This document shows, in pieces, positions 25,679-35,538 of a stretch of DNA of 64,000 nucleotides. The DNA comes from an uncultured Clostridium sp. (GTDB lineage: Bacteria; Bacteroidota; Bacteroidia; Bacteroidales; Paludibacteraceae). Every line of letters begins with the position of its first letter. Positions within the stretch are counted from its first letter, which is position 1. Under the pieces are notes generated by a model. The model was not told where the DNA came from. It did not search any database and saw only the letters and a list, made by a program, of their open reading frames with translations. A program made the position numbers and the translations under genes. Location: the NCBI GenBank assembly GCA_963651555.1, contig CAVJQD010000001.1:965-64964 (forward strand), in the 5' to 3' direction.

Positions 25679-27581
25679 CGTTGAGCACGTCAGTTTAGAG
25701 TTCTACTCTAAGTCAATCTTAGAGGATATCTCTTTCCTCGTCAACAGGAAGGACAAGATTGCTATTGTCGGTAAGAACGGTGCGGGGAAGACCACGTTGC
25801 TTAGGTTAATCAAAGGGGAGTATGAGCCTACGGCTGGTAGTATCTCTTATGATAAGAACATCAGTATTGGCTATCTGCCTCAGCAGATGCAGCATGCCGA
25901 AGGAACGACGGTAAAGGAGGAAGTGCGAAAGGCTTTTCAGCATGTGCTGGACGTTAAGAAGACGATAGCCCAACAGACGGAGGAGTTAGGCAAGAGGGAT
26001 GATTATGAGTCGGAGGACTATCAGAGGCTGATTGACCAACTGACCTACAACAATGAGTTACTGCAGTTGTTGGGTGAACAGAACTTTGATGGAGAGATGG
26101 AGAAGACTCTTATGGGCTTAGGGTTTGAGCGCAAAGACTTTGACCGGCCCTGTTCAGAGTTCTCCGGTGGGTGGCGCATGCGCATCGAGTTGGCTAAGAT
26201 ACTATTGCAGCATCCCGACTTGTTACTACTGGATGAGCCAACCAACCACCTCGATATAGAGTCGATACAGTGGTTGGAGGATTTCTTGAAGGCATCGCAG
26301 AGCGCAGTACTGTTGGTTAGTCACGATAAGAAGTTCATTGACAATGTGACCAATCGCACTATCGAGATTACTCTAGGGCGTATATATGACTATAATGTGA
26401 ACTATTCGCATTTCCTCGAACTGCGTAAAGAAAGGCATGAGCAACAGGTGCGTGCCTATCTCAATCAGCAAAAGATGATCCAAGAGACGGAAGAGTTCAT
26501 CGAACGCTTCCGGTATAAAGCCACTAAGTCGGTGCAAGTGCAGTCACGCATCAAGCAGTTGGAGAAGTTAGAGCGATTGGAGGTTGACACAGAGGACACC
26601 TCTCGGCTGAACCTGCGTTTTCCACCCGCACCACGAAGCGGGGACTTCCCTCTCATTGTGGAGGACCTGCGCAAGGACTTCGGCGACCACACCGTCTTCT
26701 CAGGTGTCACTTTTACGATCCGCCGAGGAGAGAAAGTGGCGTTTGTAGGAAAGAACGGCGAGGGTAAGTCGACGCTGGTCAAATGTATCATGGGACAGTT
26801 GGACTACATGGGTTCACTCAAGGTGGGACATAATGTGAAGATAGGTTATTTCGCACAGAACCAAGCGTCGTTGCTTGACGGAGAGGCGACTGTCTTCGAC
26901 ACCATCGACCGTGTAGCCGTGGGCGACATACGCACGAAGATACGCGATATCCTCGGTGCGTTTATGTTTGGCGGAGAGGCAAGTGAGAAAAAGGTGAAGG
27001 TACTCTCAGGCGGAGAGCGCAGTCGACTGGCGATGATTCGTCTGCTACTCGAGCCTTGCAATCTACTTATCCTCGATGAGCCTACTAACCACCTCGATAT
27101 ACCCTCCAAGGACGTACTGAAAGCCGCATTGCAAGACTTCAACGGGACAGTCATCTGCGTCAGTCACGACCGTGACTTCCTTGACGGCTTGGTCAGCAAA
27201 GTGTATGAGTTCGGTGGCGGCAAGGTGAAGGAACACCTCGGTGGCATATACGACTTCCTGCAGGCGAAGAAGATTGACTCTTTGCAGGAGTTAGAGAAGA
27301 AAAGCGCTGTCCCTTCGCAGCAGAAACAGGTTACCGTCACTACCGGTGCGCAGGACTATGCCACTCAGAAAGCGGAAGCAGCGGCACGGCGTAAGCGCGA
27401 GAAACAGATTGCTGAGACGGAGGCGGCTATTGCCAAGTTAGAGGCTGAGCAGAAGCAATTAGAGGACTTGATGGCTTCTCCAGACCAACAGACACAAGAG
27501 AACTTTAAACGTTATGAGAAGATCAAACACGAGATAGAACAACGTATGTATGAGTGGGAGATCCTTAGCGAAGAGGTATAA
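25671..27581 (+). CDS. ABC-F family ATPase (two ABC domains, no TM)
   Basis: Two Walker A motifs (GKNGAGKTT, GKNGEGKST), two signatures (FSGGWRMR, LSGGERSR) and a C-terminal coiled coil. Confidence 0.9.
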   Translation: MISVEHVSLEFYSKSILEDISFLVNRKDKIAIVGKNGAGKTTLLRLIKGEYEPTAGSISYDKNISIGYLPQQMQHAEGTTVKEEVRKAFQHVLDVKKTIAQQTEELGKRDDYESEDYQRLIDQLTYNNELLQLLGEQNFDGEMEKTLMGLGFERKDFDRPCSEFSGGWRMRIELAKILLQHPDLLLLDEPTNHLDIESIQWLEDFLKASQSAVLLVSHDKKFIDNVTNRTIEITLGRIYDYNVNYSHFLELRKERHEQQVRAYLNQQKMIQETEEFIERFRYKATKSVQVQSRIKQLEKLERLEVDTEDTSRLNLRFPPAPRSGDFPLIVEDLRKDFGDHTVFSGVTFTIRRGEKVAFVGKNGEGKSTLVKCIMGQLDYMGSLKVGHNVKIGYFAQNQASLLDGEATVFDTIDRVAVGDIRTKIRDILGAFMFGGEASEKKVKVLSGGERSRLAMIRLLLEPCNLLILDEPTNHLDIPSKDVLKAALQDFNGTVICVSHDRDFLDGLVSKVYEFGGGKVKEHLGGIYDFLQAKKIDSLQELEKKSAVPSQQKQVTVTTGAQDYATQKAEAAARRKREKQIAETEAAIAKLEAEQKQLEDLMASPDQQTQENFKRYEKIKHEIEQRMYEWEILSEEV

Positions 27582-27644
27582 AGGGATTGGCTCACCCTTA
27601 GAACAGTTTATTTAGGCAACAACGACATCCATTCCAACAATAGT

Positions 27645-28832
27645 ATGAACGATATCATCGACTACATCTTGTCTTTCTTACTCTATGGCGACACCGAAGC
27701 CGCCAAGCGTGTCGGTTATACCGATGACGCTACGCTCTTTGAGCAGTATGAAGTGGTTATTGTGCCTAATCATCACCTAGGCAAAGACCTTGTCTATCCC
27801 GATTTCGATAGTCCCGTGGTGGAACAAGTAGGCAAGACGCATGTCATCCATACCGACATCGTATACAACACCTTCTTTTTCATCTCGCGTGCCGAAGAAC
27901 TGATCAATCCTGAGCGTGACGAACATGGTCGTTTCTCTGCTAAGAACTCTATCCTTGGGCATAACAACCGACTGCTTATTCCGCTCGTTGACGAGTACGC
28001 ACATCTGCTGATGAAGTTGCTCAACCTACCCTCGCCTGCGCCTTGTTATAGCCATATCTATCTCACGCATGACATTGACTCTATTGCATGCTATCGACAC
28101 CTGCGTGGCGTACTTGGCGGCATCAAACGAGGAAAGATAAAGCAGGTTATCCAGTCCTTGCACGATATATACCAAGACCCTATCTACACCTTCCCTTGGC
28201 TGATGGAGCAAGATAACCAACTGCCAAACGCAACGCAGGTTTACTTTGTGAAACGCACACACGGACGGGGCTATGACTATCCGCAATACTGTCTTAGAGG
28301 GCATGACTACCAACAACTAAAGTCAGTCCTACAAAGCAATAATGCTATTCTCGGGCTTCACTCGAGTTACTACGGCGGTCTGCCATCGATGGATAAGTTT
28401 ACGGATATCCCTAACTGGCAATACCATCGCAGTCACTATCTGCGTTGCTCTATCGACCAGATGCAGCGCCTTGCCGAAGCCGGTGTCTCCGATGACTTTA
28501 CCATGGGCTTCCCCGACCGAATAGGTTTCCGTCTGCAGACCTCACGCGCAGTGCGTTGGATCAATCCCAAGACGATGATGCTGACTAACCTCACGCTTCA
28601 CCCACTGACCATCATGGATTGCACACTGAGTAACGCTAACTACATGAACCTCAACGAAGACGAAGCCTATTTCTCGTCCGAGGAACTCCTCGACCGAGTG
28701 CGTCGCTATGCCGGAGATGTCGTGTTGCTTTGGCATAATAGTACCTTTGCTAACGTGCCGTATCAGCAGTCGTTGTATGTAAAGTTACTCAAGGGTCTGC
28801 GTCACTACTCTCACCACGAAGAACAGGAATAG
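27645..28832 (+). CDS. Polysaccharide deacetylase-like protein (NodB-like motifs); function uncertain
   Basis: LTHDIDS resembles NodB motif 1, and GLHSS is a His motif. My assignment of the N-terminal region to a conserved DUF is from memory only. Confidence 0.4.
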   Translation: MNDIIDYILSFLLYGDTEAAKRVGYTDDATLFEQYEVVIVPNHHLGKDLVYPDFDSPVVEQVGKTHVIHTDIVYNTFFFISRAEELINPERDEHGRFSAKNSILGHNNRLLIPLVDEYAHLLMKLLNLPSPAPCYSHIYLTHDIDSIACYRHLRGVLGGIKRGKIKQVIQSLHDIYQDPIYTFPWLMEQDNQLPNATQVYFVKRTHGRGYDYPQYCLRGHDYQQLKSVLQSNNAILGLHSSYYGGLPSMDKFTDIPNWQYHRSHYLRCSIDQMQRLAEAGVSDDFTMGFPDRIGFRLQTSRAVRWINPKTMMLTNLTLHPLTIMDCTLSNANYMNLNEDEAYFSSEELLDRVRRYAGDVVLLWHNSTFANVPYQQSLYVKLLKGLRHYSHHEEQE

Positions 28833-28834
28833 AC

Positions 28835-29932
28835 ATGCATAGCCGCCAGTTCAAAATACTCACTATCGTAGGTGCACGACCTCAGTTCATCAAAGCCGCT
28901 ATGTTCAGCAGAGCGGTGCAGCAGTATGCTGAGAGGCACACTGAGATAAACCTTGAGGAAAAGATAATCCATACCGGACAGCACTACGATTATCTCATGA
29001 GCGAGACCTTCTTCAACGAACTGCATATCCCTGCACCTGCATACAATCTTGGATGCACTCTACCACCACAACAGATGGCAGAACACATCGTTCCTATATT
29101 AGAACAAGAGAGACCTGACTATGTCGTCGTTTTCGGAGACACCAACTCAACTCTTGCTGGAGCACTCGCAGCACACCAATGCTCTATTCCCATTGCGCAC
29201 ATAGAAGCTGGATTGCGTAGCCATAACCTCGGTATGCCCGAAGAGAACAACCGTATTGCGACAGACCAACTATCTTCCCTGCTATTCTGTCCCACACACC
29301 AAGCTGTACACAACCTACAAGAAGAAAGCATCATAGACGGCGTTCATTATGTGGGAGATATTATGCATGATGCCGCCATGGTCTTTGGAGAGATAGCAGA
29401 GTCTAAATCGACCATACTCTCACAGCTCAGCCTCACTCCCAAGCAATATATCCTCTGCACCATTCACCGTGCCGAGAACACTAACGATCTTACACGGTTA
29501 CACAACATACTCACGGCTCTTGCGCAGATAGACGAGGACATCATCTTACCCACCCACCCACGCACGGCACATATTCTCCAAGAGCATACGGAACTGCAAG
29601 ACATCATATCACAAGCACCACATATCCACTGTATTGGCCCTGTTGGATATCTTGATATGATAATGTTAGAGCGCAATGCCACACATATACTTACCGACTC
29701 CGGCGGAGTACAGAAAGAGGCATACTTCCACCGTGTGCCATGTATTACCTTACGTGACGAGACAGAATGGACAGAGACTGTGCAAGCAGGATGGAACATC
29801 ATTGCTGGCACTGACCCATTACATATCATAGCTGCCTATCATAAATCTATGCCACAAGTTCCAATTACCGAATATGGCAATGGACACACCGCACAAGCAA
29901 TTGTTGATATACTATGCCAAAAAAACTACTAA
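28835..29932 (+). CDS. wecB: UDP-N-acetylglucosamine 2-epimerase (non-hydrolysing)
   Basis: VGARPQFIK, HIEAGLRS, TDSGGVQKEA. Confidence 0.9.
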   Translation: MHSRQFKILTIVGARPQFIKAAMFSRAVQQYAERHTEINLEEKIIHTGQHYDYLMSETFFNELHIPAPAYNLGCTLPPQQMAEHIVPILEQERPDYVVVFGDTNSTLAGALAAHQCSIPIAHIEAGLRSHNLGMPEENNRIATDQLSSLLFCPTHQAVHNLQEESIIDGVHYVGDIMHDAAMVFGEIAESKSTILSQLSLTPKQYILCTIHRAENTNDLTRLHNILTALAQIDEDIILPTHPRTAHILQEHTELQDIISQAPHIHCIGPVGYLDMIMLERNATHILTDSGGVQKEAYFHRVPCITLRDETEWTETVQAGWNIIAGTDPLHIIAAYHKSMPQVPITEYGNGHTAQAIVDILCQKNY

Positions 29933-31137
29933 TCATATCCGATGGCTTCAATCGTCCGTTGTATGGACCTCGAATGACCCAACTATGCAAGTTCCTTAAT
30001 GCCAAGGGATGGGATATCACACTCATAACGGAACAAATCAATGGAGAAAACTATGCTGTACCCAATTGTCGGTTTATGACTATGCCATACTACTCTAAGA
30101 ACCATTTTATCAAGTATATACAGTGGTTGTTAGATAAGTTATTCGGATTTAAAGATTACCGTCTTTATTCCTTTGCCAAGAAAAAACTCTCAAAAGACAA
30201 TTTCTCATTGATACTATGCAGTTCATTTAACCTATTTCCACTGCCAACGGCTTATCGCATAGCAATAGAGGAACAAGTCCCGTTTATTGTGGACTTGCGG
30301 GACATAACAGAACAATGGAATTCGGATAGTTATATTGCTTCTAAAATACACCTATCTCGTCGGTTAAAGAGTCAATTGGTACATCTCTATGAAAACAAGT
30401 GCATAAGAACACGCAATACCATTCTGCAACATGCCGATTGTGTGACTACTATCTCGCCTTGGCATCAGCAGTTTTTGCGCAACCTCAACCCCAATACCCT
30501 TCTTATATATAATGGGTTTGATCCTGACCTTTATTATCCGACAAGTATTCCGACACAACAGTGTATTATTAGTTACATTGGCAGACTTTATGACTTTAAG
30601 TCACGCAATCCGCAACTATTCTTAGAGGCTATACGAGACCTAGATACAGTACAACTTATATCACCAACTTCGCTACATATTGAGTTCCATATTGAGCCTT
30701 ATATGGTTGTCACATTACAAGAATGGGTAAAGCAATTAGGTATAGCTAAATACTTTCACATTAGCGGCTACATTCCGCGAACTGAAGCATTCTCTCTTCT
30801 ACAGAAGTCATCTATTAGTTTACTCTTTGTTGCAGCACCTTCCTCGACATCACCTCATGGTGTCATGACCACTAAGTTCTTTGAAGCACTCGGTTGCGAG
30901 AAGCCTGTACTATGTACTCCCTCCGACGAAGAGTGCCTTGCGCAGGCTATCAAGGACACTCACGCAGGACTTGCCTCGTCCGACCTAAACGAGATCAAGG
31001 CATTCATCTTAGACAAGTACCACGAGTGGCAAGCCAAGGGCTACACCCATCAGCCCGTCGTCAACAAAGATCAGTTCTCGCGTCAACACCAAGCCGAACA
31101 GTTTGAGAAGTTGTTTCTATCCCTTATCAATAAGTAA
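29914..31137 (+). CDS. Glycosyltransferase (GT-B fold, GT4-like)
   Basis: GT-B layout with the C-terminal E-x7-E-like region KFFEALGCEKPVL. Visibly A/T-rich relative to its neighbours. Confidence 0.65.
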   Translation: MPKKLLIISDGFNRPLYGPRMTQLCKFLNAKGWDITLITEQINGENYAVPNCRFMTMPYYSKNHFIKYIQWLLDKLFGFKDYRLYSFAKKKLSKDNFSLILCSSFNLFPLPTAYRIAIEEQVPFIVDLRDITEQWNSDSYIASKIHLSRRLKSQLVHLYENKCIRTRNTILQHADCVTTISPWHQQFLRNLNPNTLLIYNGFDPDLYYPTSIPTQQCIISYIGRLYDFKSRNPQLFLEAIRDLDTVQLISPTSLHIEFHIEPYMVVTLQEWVKQLGIAKYFHISGYIPRTEAFSLLQKSSISLLFVAAPSSTSPHGVMTTKFFEALGCEKPVLCTPSDEECLAQAIKDTHAGLASSDLNEIKAFILDKYHEWQAKGYTHQPVVNKDQFSRQHQAEQFEKLFLSLINK

Positions 31138-31139
31138 TC

Positions 31140-31868
31140 ATGCCCGTAGTCAGTGTCATAGTACCCATTTTCAATGCCGAACCTTACTTGGCACGATGCC
31201 TTGAGTCTATACTCTGCCAGACGCATCGAGACCTGCAGATTATCCTTGTGAACGACGGTTCTACCGACAACAGTCTCGCTATCTCAGAGCATTATGCCCA
31301 GACCGATACGCGCATCGAGGTGTATTCACAGCCCAACGCAGGGCAGTCGGCGGCACGCAACAACGGTATGCGTCACGCTTCGGGAGAGTACCTATCATTT
31401 ATCGATGCCGATGACTACATCGACCCTGACTTCTATGAGACCCTACTCCACGCCTATCAACCCGATACGGATGTGGTGCAGATAGGCTACCGCAGAGTAC
31501 AAGCAGAACAAGTCATCTCAGAGCAAGTGCCCAACACATTCTATCAATACACATCGCCTTGTATGCGCCTATACCGACGGGACTTCCTCACACGCCATAA
31601 CCTCACCTTTCCCGAGGGCATGATATATGAGGATGTGCTCTTTTCGTTAGACCTTTGGTATGCTCGTCCAATCTACAAGATGCTGCACTATACCGGTTAT
31701 AACTACCGACTCAATCCCCACTCTACCACCTCTACACGCAATCGTAACGCCGAGCAGACACTCTATGCTGCCATTCGACAACGGTATGCTACTACCCACG
31801 ATTGGCGATTGCGACTATTAACTATCTATACATATATCCGACTCAAATCACACTTTTATAAGTCATGA
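31140..31868 (+). CDS. Family 2 glycosyltransferase
   Basis: VSVIVPIFNAEPYL, VNDGSTD and FIDADD (DxD). Confidence 0.85.
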   Translation: MPVVSVIVPIFNAEPYLARCLESILCQTHRDLQIILVNDGSTDNSLAISEHYAQTDTRIEVYSQPNAGQSAARNNGMRHASGEYLSFIDADDYIDPDFYETLLHAYQPDTDVVQIGYRRVQAEQVISEQVPNTFYQYTSPCMRLYRRDFLTRHNLTFPEGMIYEDVLFSLDLWYARPIYKMLHYTGYNYRLNPHSTTSTRNRNAEQTLYAAIRQRYATTHDWRLRLLTIYTYIRLKSHFYKS

Positions 31869-34243
31869 AACATACACTATCCACACTATTCATTCTGCTT
31901 ATCACTACCGTTACCGCTAGCGCCACCACCTATTACGCTTCGCCTACGGGTTCGGGCAACGGCACTTCGTATTCCAAACCTTGTTCGCTGAGCAACGGCA
32001 TCAATAAACTATCCCAAGCAGGCGACTCCCTTTATCTCTTGGGTGGGCAATACGACTTGGACAATACCAAGATAAGCAACAAAGTAGGCAGCAAGACTGC
32101 TTATATCGTTATCTCAGCCTACCCTGGCGAGAAAGCGATACTCGACTTCCGCACAACGGCTTATGGCACACGCGGACTGCAGATAAACAGCGGTTGTTCC
32201 TATCTGCACATCAAAGACCTCACCCTCAGATACTCGGGCAAGAACAACCTATACAACGAAGGTAGTTATTGCTTATTCGAAAACCTCGATATCTATGGCA
32301 GTGCCGACACGGGTTGTCAGATGAAGGTAGGTGGAAACAACACGATTAAGAACGTCGACTCACACGATAACTTCGACTATGAGTTGGACAAGTCAGGTAA
32401 CTTGACACAGTGTGACTTCGGCGGTAATGCCGATGGCTTTGCCGATAAACAACACGACGGAGCACCGAACCACTACATTGGTTGCCGCAGTTGGAACAAC
32501 TCGGACGACGGTTGGGACTTCTTCCAACGTATCACGACAGGCGAAACAATCATCGAGCAATGTATATGCTACAAGAATGGACCGACCACTTATGATATGC
32601 GCAATCACCCTCGCTACAACACCGACAAGGCTTGGTTCGACCAATTCACGAACGGCAAGACCGTGACCGATGCCGATGGCAACAGCGTCTATGTGACATT
32701 GGACAACTATCCTAACATGGGCAACGGCAATGGCTTTAAGTTAGGCGGAAACAGCACTGTACATAATGTACTCGTACACCACTGTCTCTCTGTGGCTAAT
32801 ACCGTCAAAGGGTACGATCAGAACAGTGATGCGGGAGCGGTTCGGCTCTACAATAACACGGCATACCTAAACAATTCGGACTACAGTTTCTACAACTCCA
32901 ATGGCTGTACGCTCGACATTGAGAACTGCATTAGTTTCAAGTCGAAGAGCAATAACACCTTCAATAAAGATATTGTCAAGACCAATAAGAACAACACTTG
33001 GTCCAATGGCTTCACGGTATCAGCCTCCGACTTTCAGTCGTTGGACACGACCCAGATCTTGGCTGCACGGCAGTCGGACGGCAGTCTAAGCGAGGGCACT
33101 CTTTTTCGCTTAGCCTCTGGTTCGTCGCTCATAGATGCTGGCGTAGATGTAGGATTGTCCTACATGGGCACAGCGCCCGACCTTGGGTGCTACGAGAGCG
33201 ACGGTCTGCTCCACCCTACTATCGCTTGCACATCAAACAACGAGGAGCAATGGGTGCAACAGAACAGCGCTATCTCCAACATCATATTCCAATGGGGAGG
33301 TTCGGCTACATCGCTTACTTGCAGCACCTTACCTGCAGGCATCACCTCTGCAATCAACGCCACTGCTCGAACTCTCACGCTGTCGGGATCGCCCACAGCC
33401 GCTGGCACACACACTATAAGCATCAGCACAGTAAGTGAGACCGAGGAAGTGAACACCCTCACAGCCACTATCTATGTGAAAAGCAGCAGTGCCCATCGCA
33501 TTGGCTATGTCACTACACTCTCGTGCGAGGAAGATAAGGCACTCCTTCAATGGCTGCAGGGCAGCGACTCGATTGTGATAACCGAACTGGACGCCACCAG
33601 TACCTCGAACGATTATTCGCCGTACGAAGTCCTTGTGTTAGGTCCTAAGCCAAGCAGCGGTGCTGCCGCCTTCTCGAGTCTGAAAGGATACGATAAACCT
33701 ATGTTGGTGCTTAAACCCTTCCTCTTTAAGAACTCGGGATGGAATTGGGGCACGGCCGTTAATACACAGGACCTGAGTATCTCTATCTCCGACACTACCC
33801 ACACCCTCTTTCGTGGTATCACCTGTGGTGAGGAACAGACTATTCAATTGTTCTCCTCATGCACCACGAATGCCGTTACAGCCATCAACGGATGGACCAA
33901 TGCCGAGGTAGCGACCCTCGCCTCTCCCGTATCGCAGAGCGGTTATACCACTATCGCCGACATACCGGCAGGCACTGCTCTCAACGGCACTACACTCACG
34001 CAGCGTCTTGTGATGATAGGGCTTTCCGAATATAGTCTGGCTCATCTCACCGACGATGGTATGCGCCTTGTAGAAAACGCCATCTACTATCTTCTGGGCA
34101 TGACTACACCCGACCGGAACACTGCTGTAAGCACCGTGAAAGCCGAGAGAATCGAAGCAGAGAAAGTCCTCACACCCAACGGTATCCTTATCCATATAGG
34201 CGAGAACTATTATACTATCATGGGTCAACTCGTCCATCAATAG
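31865..34243 (+). CDS. Secreted right-handed beta-helix protein, pectate-lyase-like (PL9-like)
   Basis: Signal peptide, YYASPTGSGNGTS start, GGNADGFADK and RSWNNSDDGWDF motifs. A C-terminal tail may be a T9SS sorting domain (weak). ATGA overlap with the GT2 gene. Confidence 0.6.
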   Translation: MKHTLSTLFILLITTVTASATTYYASPTGSGNGTSYSKPCSLSNGINKLSQAGDSLYLLGGQYDLDNTKISNKVGSKTAYIVISAYPGEKAILDFRTTAYGTRGLQINSGCSYLHIKDLTLRYSGKNNLYNEGSYCLFENLDIYGSADTGCQMKVGGNNTIKNVDSHDNFDYELDKSGNLTQCDFGGNADGFADKQHDGAPNHYIGCRSWNNSDDGWDFFQRITTGETIIEQCICYKNGPTTYDMRNHPRYNTDKAWFDQFTNGKTVTDADGNSVYVTLDNYPNMGNGNGFKLGGNSTVHNVLVHHCLSVANTVKGYDQNSDAGAVRLYNNTAYLNNSDYSFYNSNGCTLDIENCISFKSKSNNTFNKDIVKTNKNNTWSNGFTVSASDFQSLDTTQILAARQSDGSLSEGTLFRLASGSSLIDAGVDVGLSYMGTAPDLGCYESDGLLHPTIACTSNNEEQWVQQNSAISNIIFQWGGSATSLTCSTLPAGITSAINATARTLTLSGSPTAAGTHTISISTVSETEEVNTLTATIYVKSSSAHRIGYVTTLSCEEDKALLQWLQGSDSIVITELDATSTSNDYSPYEVLVLGPKPSSGAAAFSSLKGYDKPMLVLKPFLFKNSGWNWGTAVNTQDLSISISDTTHTLFRGITCGEEQTIQLFSSCTTNAVTAINGWTNAEVATLASPVSQSGYTTIADIPAGTALNGTTLTQRLVMIGLSEYSLAHLTDDGMRLVENAIYYLLGMTTPDRNTAVSTVKAERIEAEKVLTPNGILIHIGENYYTIMGQLVHQ

Positions 34244-34251
34244 AGTATCGT

Positions 34252-35523
34252 ATGTTTCTCTCGTTACTTAAACAAGAAGTCGTACCGGCCATTGGTTGCA
34301 CCGAACCGATTGCAGTTGCACTCTGCACCGCCAAAGCACGGGAGCAGTTGGGTGCGATGCCCGTGGATATAAAGGTTCAACTAAGTAAGAATATCTATAA
34401 GAATGCGCTATCGGTAGGTATCCCCAACACAGGCATGACGGGTCTGTCTATAGCCATCGCCCTTGGGGCTACGATTGGGCATAGCAGCAATCAGTTAGAA
34501 GTGTTGTGCGACGTTTGTCCCGAAGCCGTAACGGAAGCGAAGGCGTTCCTAAAGAGAGTGCCTATCGATATATCGATCGACCCGAACGCACCCGATATTC
34601 TCTATATCCATGTTGAAGTCAAAGCCGAAGACGGACATACGGCGCAAGCCACGATAGAAGGTAGTCATACGCATTTTGTTCCTACCGACGAGGACACTGC
34701 CAATGGCGTGGGGAGACGCGTAGAGGCAAGTACAACGGAGACTGATAATTCGTTCTGCCTACGCGATGTGTACGACTATGCAACCACCGTCCCTCTCGCT
34801 GATGTCCACTGGTTATTGAACGGCGTACGCATGAATATACAGGCAGCCGAGACCTCTTTCACAGGTCATTACGGTCATGGGTTGGGTAAGCTTCTTCATG
34901 ATGCTGACCATCGAATCACTAATATATTTGGTAACACACTCTATACTAAGATTCTCGCCTATACGAGCGGGGCGTGTGATGCGCGTATGTCAGGAGCCAT
35001 GGTACCGGTGATGTCGAACTCCGGATCAGGGAACCAAGGGATATCATGCTCCGTGCCCGTCTATCTCTATGCGCAAGAGAACCACTGCACAGAAGAGCAG
35101 ACGCTGCGAGCACTCACACTGAGTAACCTCACGGTGATCTATATCAAGCAGTCGCTGGGTCGGCTCTCTGCCCTATGTGGGTGCGTAGTAGCGGCAACGG
35201 GTTCGGCTGCGGGCATCACCTATCTTATGGGCGGACAGTATGCAGAGATCACTTATGCTATCAAGAACATGATAGCCAACATCTCCGGAATGATATGCGA
35301 CGGCGCTAAGCCAGGCTGCGCACTTAAAGTGACGAGCGGTGTGAGCACCGCTATTCTCTCAGCGACACTCGCTATGCAGCACTCTTATGCCGACAGCACA
35401 GAGGGTATAGTGGAAGAGGACATCGATTGCACCATACATAACCTCACTCGCCTTGGTCGAGAGGGCATGACTCAGACCGACGACCTTATTCTTGATATCA
35501 TGCTACATAAGAACAACGACTAA
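34252..35523 (+). CDS. UPF0597 / serine dehydratase alpha-like (L-cysteine desulfidase family)
   Basis: N-terminus EVVPAIGCTEPIAVAL and a C-terminal CDGAKPGCALK motif. Confidence 0.8.
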   Translation: MFLSLLKQEVVPAIGCTEPIAVALCTAKAREQLGAMPVDIKVQLSKNIYKNALSVGIPNTGMTGLSIAIALGATIGHSSNQLEVLCDVCPEAVTEAKAFLKRVPIDISIDPNAPDILYIHVEVKAEDGHTAQATIEGSHTHFVPTDEDTANGVGRRVEASTTETDNSFCLRDVYDYATTVPLADVHWLLNGVRMNIQAAETSFTGHYGHGLGKLLHDADHRITNIFGNTLYTKILAYTSGACDARMSGAMVPVMSNSGSGNQGISCSVPVYLYAQENHCTEEQTLRALTLSNLTVIYIKQSLGRLSALCGCVVAATGSAAGITYLMGGQYAEITYAIKNMIANISGMICDGAKPGCALKVTSGVSTAILSATLAMQHSYADSTEGIVEEDIDCTIHNLTRLGREGMTQTDDLILDIMLHKNND

Positions 35524-35538
35524 CTAAACATCATCTAT

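Noticed and set aside
34120-34243. T9SS C-terminal sorting domain on the beta-helix protein.
   Set aside because: Only a loose resemblance in the last two beta-strand-like segments (KVLTPNGILIHIGENYYTIMGQLV). I kept it as a weak note and did not call it as a feature.
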